Assembly: GCF_009914755.1 (NCBI RefSeq)
Contig: NC_060938.1
DNA: 64,000 bases
Direction: 5' to 3' (one strand)
Source: the human T2T-CHM13v2.0 reference genome, Homo sapiens
Part shown: in pieces, positions 50,257-64,000 of the stretch
Numbering within the stretch: position 1 is the first letter of the stretch
Layout of the letters: every line of letters starts with the position of its first letter
Position numbers and translations under genes: made by a program
The notes under the pieces: model-generated
The model's input: only the letters and a program-made list of their open reading frames with translations
What the model was told of the DNA's origin: nothing
Database searches by the model: none

Positions 50257-50544
50257 CAGGTGTACCTCATTTTATTGCATTTCGTTTTATTACTTTTTGC
50301 AAATATTGCAAGTATATCAATGCTGTTTTTCCAACAGCATGTACTCACCTCATGTCTGTTTTTCACATTTGGTTAATTCTTACACTATTTCAGACTTTTG
50401 CATGATTTTATCTGTGTGGTGATTTGTGATTAGTGATCTTTTGCTGTTACTATTATTGTTTTGGTTGCCACAAACTGTACCCATATAAGAAGGTGAAGTT
50501 AATAAATGTGTGTGTTCTGACTGTTCTTCTGACTGGCTGTTTCC

Positions 50545-50595
<51 letters not shown>

Positions 50596-51522
50596 CTTGG
50601 ACTTCCCTATTCCCTGAGACGCAGCAATATTGAAATTAGGCCAATTAATAACCCTGCAGAGGGTTCTGTGTGTTCAAGTGAGAGGAAGGGTCACATGTCT
50701 CTCACTTTCAATGAAAAGATAGAAGTGATTAAGCTTAGTGAGCAAGATATGTCAAAAACCAAAATAGGCAAAAGCTAGACCTCTTGTGCCAAACAGCCAA
50801 GTTGTGAATGCAGAGGAAAAGTTCTTAAAGGAAATTAAAAGTGTTGCTCCAATGAACACATGAATGTTAAGAAAGCAAAACAGCCTGATTGCTGCTATGG
50901 AGAAAGTTTTAGTGGTCTGGATAGATCGAAGAAGCAAGAACAATCCCTTAAACCAAAGCCTAACTTTCTTTAATCCTATGAAGGCTGAGAAAGGTGAGGA
51001 AGCTACAGAAGAAAATTCTAAAGCTAACAAAGGTTGGTTCATGAAATGTAAGGAAGGATGCCATTTCCGTAACGTAAAGTGCAAGGTGAAGCAGCAAGGG
51101 CTGATGTGGAAGCTTCAGCAAGATCTACCAAGATATTGATGAAGGTGGCTACTCTGAACACAGATTTTTCAATGTAGATGAAACATCCGTCTATTGGAAG
51201 GAGATGCCATCTAGGATTTTCATAGCCAGAAAGAAGTCAGCCACTTATGGTAGCTCACACCTCTCATTCCAGGATTTTGGGAGGCTGAGGCAGGCAGATA
51301 GCTTGAGCCCAAGAGTTCAAGAGCAGCCTGGGCAACATGGCAAAAAATACAAAAATTAGCTAGGCATGGTGATGGGAGGTAGCTACTCAGGAGGCTGAGG
51401 TGGGAGAATCACCTGAGTCTGGGGAGGTTGAGGCTGCAGTGAGCCATGATCATGTCACTGTACTCCAGCCTGGGTGACCCTGAGCTGGAGTGTAGTGATG
51501 TGATACAGTGAGAGCCTGTCTC

Positions 51523-51554
<32 letters not shown>

Positions 51555-52730
51555 AATGCCTGTTTCCAGAGCTTCAAAAGCAAGTCTGACTCTCTTTTTA
51601 GGAGCAAATGCAGCTGGTGACTTTAAATTGAAGCCGATATTTATTTGCCATTTTGAAAATTGTAGGGCCCCTAAAAAGTATGCTAAATCTACTCTGCCTG
51701 TGCTTTATAAATGGAATGAAAAAGCCAGGATGACAGTGTGTCTGTTTACAGCATGGTTTGCTGAATATTTGAAGCCCACTCTTGAGACTTACTGCTTCGG
51801 AAAAAAGAGATTTCTTTCAAAACACTGCTACTCATTGACATTACATCTGGTCACCTAAGACTTCTGATGGATATGTGCAAGGAGATGGATATTGTTTTCA
51901 TGACTGCTAGCACAACATCCATTCTAAAGCCCATGGATCAAGGAGTAATTTTGACTTTTCAGTCTTGTTATTTAAATAATATGTTTCATAGTGCTATAGC
52001 TGCCATAGATAGTGATTCCTCTGATGGATCTGGATGAAACAAATTGAAAACCTTCTGGAAACAATTCATTACTCTAGAAGCCATTAGGAATATTTGTGCA
52101 TTAGGAATATTTGTGATCCATGGGAGGAGGTCAGAATATCAGCATTATCAGGAATTTGAAAGAAGTTAATTCCAACCCCATGTTTGAGATTTTGTTGGAA
52201 GAAGTAACCGCAAATGGGGTGAAAATAGCAAGAAAACTAGAATTAGCCGTGGAGACTGAAGATATGACTGAATTACTACAGTCTTATAATAAAACTTGAA
52301 CAAATGAGAAACTGACTCTTAGGGATGAGTAAAGAAAGTGGTTTCTTGAGATGGAATCTGCTCCTGGTGAAGATGCTGTGAACATTGTTGAAATGACAAC
52401 AAAGGATTTAGAATATTATATAAACTGAGCTGATAAAGCAGTGATAGGGTTTGAGAGGATTGCCTCTAATTTTTAAAGAAGTTCTGCTGTAAGTAAAATG
52501 CTATTAAACAGCATTATGTGCTACAGAGAAATCTTTTGTGAAAGGAAGAGTCAATCAACGCAGCAAACTTTATTATTGTCTTATTTTAAGAAATTGCTAT
52601 GACCTCCCCAGTCTTCAGCAACCACCATTGTGATCAGTAAAGCAGATATCAACATCCAGGCAAGAGCTTTCATCAGCAAAAAGATTAGGACTAGCCGATG
52701 GCCCAGAGGATCATTATCATTTTTCATTAA
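50257..52730 (+). mobile_element. Tigger1, 3' terminus missing, containing (CT)n at ~50548-50592 and an AluJ
   Basis: TA then caggtgtacctcattttattgc. Transposase remnants at 50864-51139 and 51508-51858 ([15 protein letters not shown]). Confidence 0.92.
51239..51551 (+). mobile_element. AluJ inside Tigger1, with an internal inverted duplication
   Basis: gcttgagcccaagagttc and gaggctgcagtgagccatgatc diagnostics, long A tail, TSD-like aagtca. Confidence 0.88.
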
Positions 52731-52734
52731 TACA

Positions 52735-52915
52735 TAATCTATTTATTTGGGATTTTAACTACATTTGCAAAATCATTTTTTATATATAATATAATCACAG
52801 CAATGAAGACTGTCATATTGATGGTCCTATTTATACCCAAGGACTGAGAATTATGCAAGGAATGGATACAACGGGGTAGAATATTGAGGGCCATGTCTAA
52901 ATTCTGCCTACTACA
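52735..52915 (-). mobile_element. MLT1-type LTR fragment
   Basis: Ends ggccatgtctaaattctgcctactaca. Confidence 0.5.
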
Positions 52916-54288
52916 AGCGAGATAGGTTTTCTCTTGCTACTTATCTTTCTCAAAATATTCTAAGCATTTTTATACATTTATACTTTGAAGTAAACTTTGT
53001 TGGCAAAAGCAACAAAGCACTCCATAATTGTTTCAAAATTTGTGTACATTTGAAAATTTTTATAAAATACTGTGAATCAAGTAATGAAACATCAAAAGCC
53101 ACCAACAACTTAGCTAATAAGATACATCCATCCCCCTATATAGTAATCAAACACCAATCCTTTTGGGATTGTACCTGGAATTTAAACTTACAATCTGATC
53201 AGAGAAGAATGGGCATTTAAAATATACTTAGTTTTTATATATATCACACATTTCTTGGAAATTAATTTTCATTATATTCTACTTTTGATGCTGTTGTGAT
53301 AAAGTTTTCATCATGCTTTCTAACTGGTTCTTGCTGTTATATATGAAAACTATTAAATGTAATTTTCTACATAATATTTTACTGAATTCTAATAGTTTCT
53401 ATACCTAGTTCTATTAGGTAAATATCTGGGTTTTTATCTAGGAGTCAGTCAGCTGAAAAAAAATTTTTTTTCTTTTCAATGCTATATTTGTGACTTTAGG
53501 TTTATATTTTATTGTATTTTGGCTAGAACTTGTAGAACTTTTAGACCAAGTATAATTCTAATAACTGTAGTTTCTTTCTGTTTTTTTTTCTGGTGAATGC
53601 CTCAAGTGTTTCATCATTAAGTATTATATTCGCTGTTTAAGTGTTTTTTTTGTATCACATATATGTATTTTCTAAATCACAATGAAGGAATTGCATCATG
53701 AATATATATTAAATCTTCGTCTTCACATTTAATTTTATTGAATGCTTTTATGCATCTATTGATGTAGTTTTTGAACCTAATGGTGTATAATATTATTAAA
53801 AATTTTTTCAATAGCAAGTACTTCCTATATTCCTAGATAGCTACCTACCTAAAATAGCGTTTGGGAAAGGTAGAATTTCAGCTGAAAACTTCAAGTTCAG
53901 GAAATTTGTTTTAAATGGATTAGTTTACGTTCTACCAGTGAAAAATAATTGAGGCAATCTATAATACTTTAAAAATCTTAACACTTAAGAAATTTAAATT
54001 TAATCAGCTATATGAAAGCATAATTCACATACAATAAAATACCTATTTTATTGTATATTCCAATGAGTTTTGACAAACACATCCAGTTTGTAACCACCAG
54101 CACAGCCACGATATAGAATATTTGTATAATCTGCTTTCACTGTGATTGTGCTTTTTTCTGGAAATCACTTAGAATTTTTACATATGAAAGTGTTACTTAT
54201 ATTCCAAAATTTCCATGAGAGAATGTGGCATTCTGTATACTGCTTTTTGGTCATAGTCTTTACCTTCGTCTTTACCTTATAATATTGA

Positions 54289-54679
<391 letters not shown>

Positions 54680-55483
54680 TTAAGTTTATATGTTAGTTTT
54701 ACAGAAAGTCTTGGGGCATCAGAAAATCAAAGAATGTGGAAAAATACAAAAATCACAAAAAAACTGCAATATGCATGTGTATATAACATATAATTTATAC
54801 TATACTTGGTGGTAATTATGAAAATATTACTAAATTAATTTTTTTTTCTGGTTATGACAGCAAAATGTCTTTAGTATTTGTTTTTTTGTTTGTTTGTTTT
54901 TGGGGGCATTTAAATTAGAAATGAACTCACATATCTAACATGAATCTTTGTGCTTAAAATTCTAACCTGGCTCTAGTCTTGCAAGTTTTAAATCTTTTTT
55001 ATGCAGTTATGGAAAAAATATGTTTCTGCTTGAAGCAGTTGTCAAACAAGCTTCTTTCATCAACAGTCAGACACAGGGCAGCTGAATGAGGCTGTTTAGT
55101 CTAGAGTGAATGCTCATGAGATTACAAGGTCACTGAGGAAATATAATTGTGTAGTTGGTTCCAGAATAGTTTTTTGTAGTGAGGACTTAAATTATAACAT
55201 CAATTTAAAAATATATAAAATGAGATATATTCTAAAATTAATCTCAGAAAGAAAGCACTAAGTTAAAAAAAGTAAATTATTACAATAAAATGTTTTAATT
55301 TATATTTTTACAGGACCCTTAAAAAAGCAGATTCAATTTATTATTGGACTTTGTTTACTTCTCCCGTATCATGGTAGAATTCAGTAGATCCCGTGGATCT
55401 TATTTAAAATTGTCTCCATTGGGAAATGAAACCTCATTGTATAGCTCAGGTTAACTGAGAAAACAATAGATTGTTCAGCAGTT

Positions 55484-55484
<1 letters not shown>

Positions 55485-55518
<34 letters not shown>

Positions 55519-55575
55519 ACGGAGTCTCGCTCTGTTGCCCAGGCTGGAGTGCAGTGGCATGATCTTGGCTCACTG
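55485..55575 (-). mobile_element. Severely 5'-truncated Alu (~58-nt body, 32-nt poly-A)
   Basis: TSD tgttcagcagttc at 55472 and 55574. Confidence 0.92.
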
Positions 55576-55714
55576 TTCAGCAGTTCTTTTACTTTTGTTA
55601 TTCATTTGGTTGTCAGTTAGCAAATAGCTATGAAGTGCCTACTGTGTGCCAGTTACTGTTCTGGGTGCTGAGAAAACAGTAGTGAGCCAAACAGAGGAGT
55701 AAATGTCTACTATC

Positions 55715-55920
55715 ATGAAGCTTAAATTCTCCTGTAATAAAACCAACAATAACAGTACATTATTGAATCTGTTAAGATGCTGTTAGATGTTTCTATGAAA
55801 GATCTAACATTTGAGATGAAACTTAAAATTCAACTGTAATAAAACCAACAATAACAGTACATTATTGAATATGTTAGATGCTGTTAGATATTTCTAATAT
55901 TAGAAACACCTGTTAGATAT
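55715..55920. repeat. ~102-bp-period duplication with fold-back filler
   Basis: ctgtaataaaaccaacaataacagtacattattgaat at 55732 and 55834. Confidence 0.88.
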
Positions 55921-55924
55921 AGCA

Positions 55925-56480
55925 GATAAACCAGGGTTTTCCAGAGAAAGAATCAATAGGACATTTAGAGATACATAAGAGGATGTTCATGTTTGGAATT
56001 GGCTCACATGATTATAGAGGCTGAGAAGTCCCATGATATGCTATCAGCAACCAGGAGAACCAGGGAAGTTCATAGTATAACTCACGCTGAATCCAAAGGC
56101 CTGAGAATTAAGGGAGCCAGTGATGTGACTCTCAGTTTGAGGTTGAAGTCCTGAGAATGGAGACTTAGCGGGGGTGGAGGTGAAAGTCATGGAGTATGAA
56201 GGCCCAAGAACCTTGAGTTATGATGTCCAAGGACAGAGTAAATGTCCCAGCTCCAGAAGAAAGAGTGAATTTACACTTCCTTCGTTTTTTTGCTGTGTTC
56301 AGGCCCTCAGCTGGATTGGATGACATCCATCCACATTGGTGAGGGTGTATATTTTGTACTAAGACTTTTGATTCAAATGCCAATCTTTTCTGGAAACACC
56401 TTCACAGACGCACCCAGAAATAATGTTTTACCAGCCATCAGGAGATCCTTTAGCCCAGTCAAGTTGACACATAAAATTCT
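55925..56480 (-). mobile_element. MLT2 (B/C/D-type) ERVL solo LTR
   Basis: cagggttttccagagaa..ggaattggctcacatgattat..gctgagaagtccca..cccagtcaagttgacacataaaatt. Confidence 0.85.
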
Positions 56481-57667
56481 ATATGATAATTAGTACTTTG
56501 AAGACAAATAAAGGATAAAAGGATGGATAGTGATTGGAGTAGTGTGCTATTTTTGGTGATTGAAATCTTTTGTAAGATGGTATTTTAGCAAATACCTGAA
56601 TTAGCAAAGAAATGAGTCATTTGATATCCTTGGGAGAGTCAGCAGGAACTGTAAATGCACCAGTGGGAATATGAATAAGGAAGAGGAAGGAGTGCAGAAT
56701 GTCTGGAGCAGGAGTAAATATAGGGAATGGTAGGAGAATAGGTTCAGAGAGGTAGCAGGTTTTTATGTAAGGGGGCAGGCTAGACCTAGTTGATGATACA
56801 GGTCTTTATAGACCATGGTCAAGACTTGGGTTTTTACTTTGAAGGAGATGCGAAGTCATAGGAGAATTTTGAACAGAAGTTGCCATAATATTACTTTCAT
56901 CTAGAAAGGTCTGTCATCAGAGAGTAGATGGTGGGCAATGGTGGCAAGGGGCAGCGTGAATGCAAGAAAATTTGCAGTAGTCCTGCTAAGATGGTAGTGG
57001 CTTGTCCCAGCATGGTAGCAGTATAGTTCATAAGAAAGTGGTCAGATTATGGATATAATTTTGATAGCAGGGGCAAAATAATTTTTGATGGATTCGTTAA
57101 GGGGGGTATGAAAAAGAGAAGATTACTTCCAAAGTTTTTATCTGAGCAAATGGTTGCTCCTAGGGTTTTATCTGAACAACAAAGCTGCAAGCAATAAGGG
57201 GTTGTGTTGTTTATAGAGATTTTTTAAAATAATAAAACTGAATAAAAGTCTTTTTAAAATGAACATGTACTGACAGTTCTAAACAATGTTGGTTTTCAAA
57301 TACTCGTTTCTGAAAAAATCTTTTGTTGGTCCAAGTTCTCAAAAATCACTGTAATTACTTTTAAATCTAATAGTATATATGTAAGCTATTAACATCTTTA
57401 TTTCTCGTTCTTTAATAACATTTTATGTATGCAGAAATTAGTTCAGAGAACTTTGAGTTTTACAGTCATCCCCAAGCTCCACCTTTCCACCCCCCAACCC
57501 CAATAGCCACAAACTTAGCTATATTTAGCCTCACTCAAGAGTAAATTTATATGGTTTTGGAATTTTTCAAGCTCCTTTCTAACAAAATTTCTATTTTTAA
57601 CTCCCCTATGGTACTACATATTGCTGAGTTAGTACATTTGAAGTAAACAGTGTTAGCTCAGTGATTA

Positions 57668-58333
<666 letters not shown>

Positions 58334-58834
58334 CTAGAATCAATTTTAATGAAACAAAGATTGCAACAGTATTGCACTTTCTAGAATTAATTGTGAAATA
58401 AAATTTTTTATATTCTGCCAAACTCATCCTTATCACTAAGATATTTCCTAGTTATTTGAATATCTGTTTCTTCAGATAAGAAACTTTTGTAATTAAAATT
58501 AACAAAAAGTATTCTCCAGGTGACTATGAGCAGAGATAAATTGATGAATCTAACTATAACATCTATTGAACATAACTATGTAAAAACAACCAATTTTAAT
58601 GCACTCATTGACAAATCTGCAGAAGTCAAAGCTCAAAACAAATTATAATGTGATAGTCCATTTTGTGCTTATAAATTGTGCCATTTTTAAAAAATTAATA
58701 GATATTTTAGTTTGTTACTTCTTTCTTTCATGATATAAAGATTATTTTACATTTAAATTTTTTTATTGGAATAATTATGTGTACAAAGTGCTATAAAAGG
58801 AAAGCCTCACTGTGTGCTTTTTCTGGATTGTTAT

Positions 58835-64000
<5,166 letters not shown>

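Larger units (their letters stand above)
55595..57150 (-). mobile_element. L2 remnant (pieces ~55595-55730 and 56490-57150), split by an LTR
   Basis: gtgcctactgtgtgccag..ctgggtgctgag, then purine-rich L2 body (ggtcagattatggatata..ttttga). Confidence 0.65.

Overview
Primate (very probably human) intronic DNA that is AT-rich and dominated by repeats. The only host coding sequence I can support is one 122-nt exon at 30225-30346 (+). Its translation, [42 protein letters not shown] recognise as the penultimate coding exon of MNAT1 (MAT1, the CDK7-cyclin H assembly factor of CAK/TFIIH). The window is therefore part of the two long introns around that exon. Essentially all ORFs in the supplied track are L1, Alu, Tigger1, HSMAR2 or LTR fragments, or chance ORFs. 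I see no new gene system. The strongest observation is that two L1s of different subfamilies form a ~2.65-kb inverted repeat downstream of the exon (the inverted arm of a twin-primed L1PA2/3-like copy, and an L1PA4-like copy) and share several non-consensus substitutions within the arms, suggesting ectopic gene conversion. Other points: a micro 3' transduction on the inverted L1; a fold-back insertion in an Alu that makes a fully paired 21-bp RNA stem; several templated duplication scars; a full-length HSMAR2 next to the exon; and a repeat-poor 10-kb block with enhancer-like motif clusters. Subfamily labels and consensus bases are recalled from memory, not computed.
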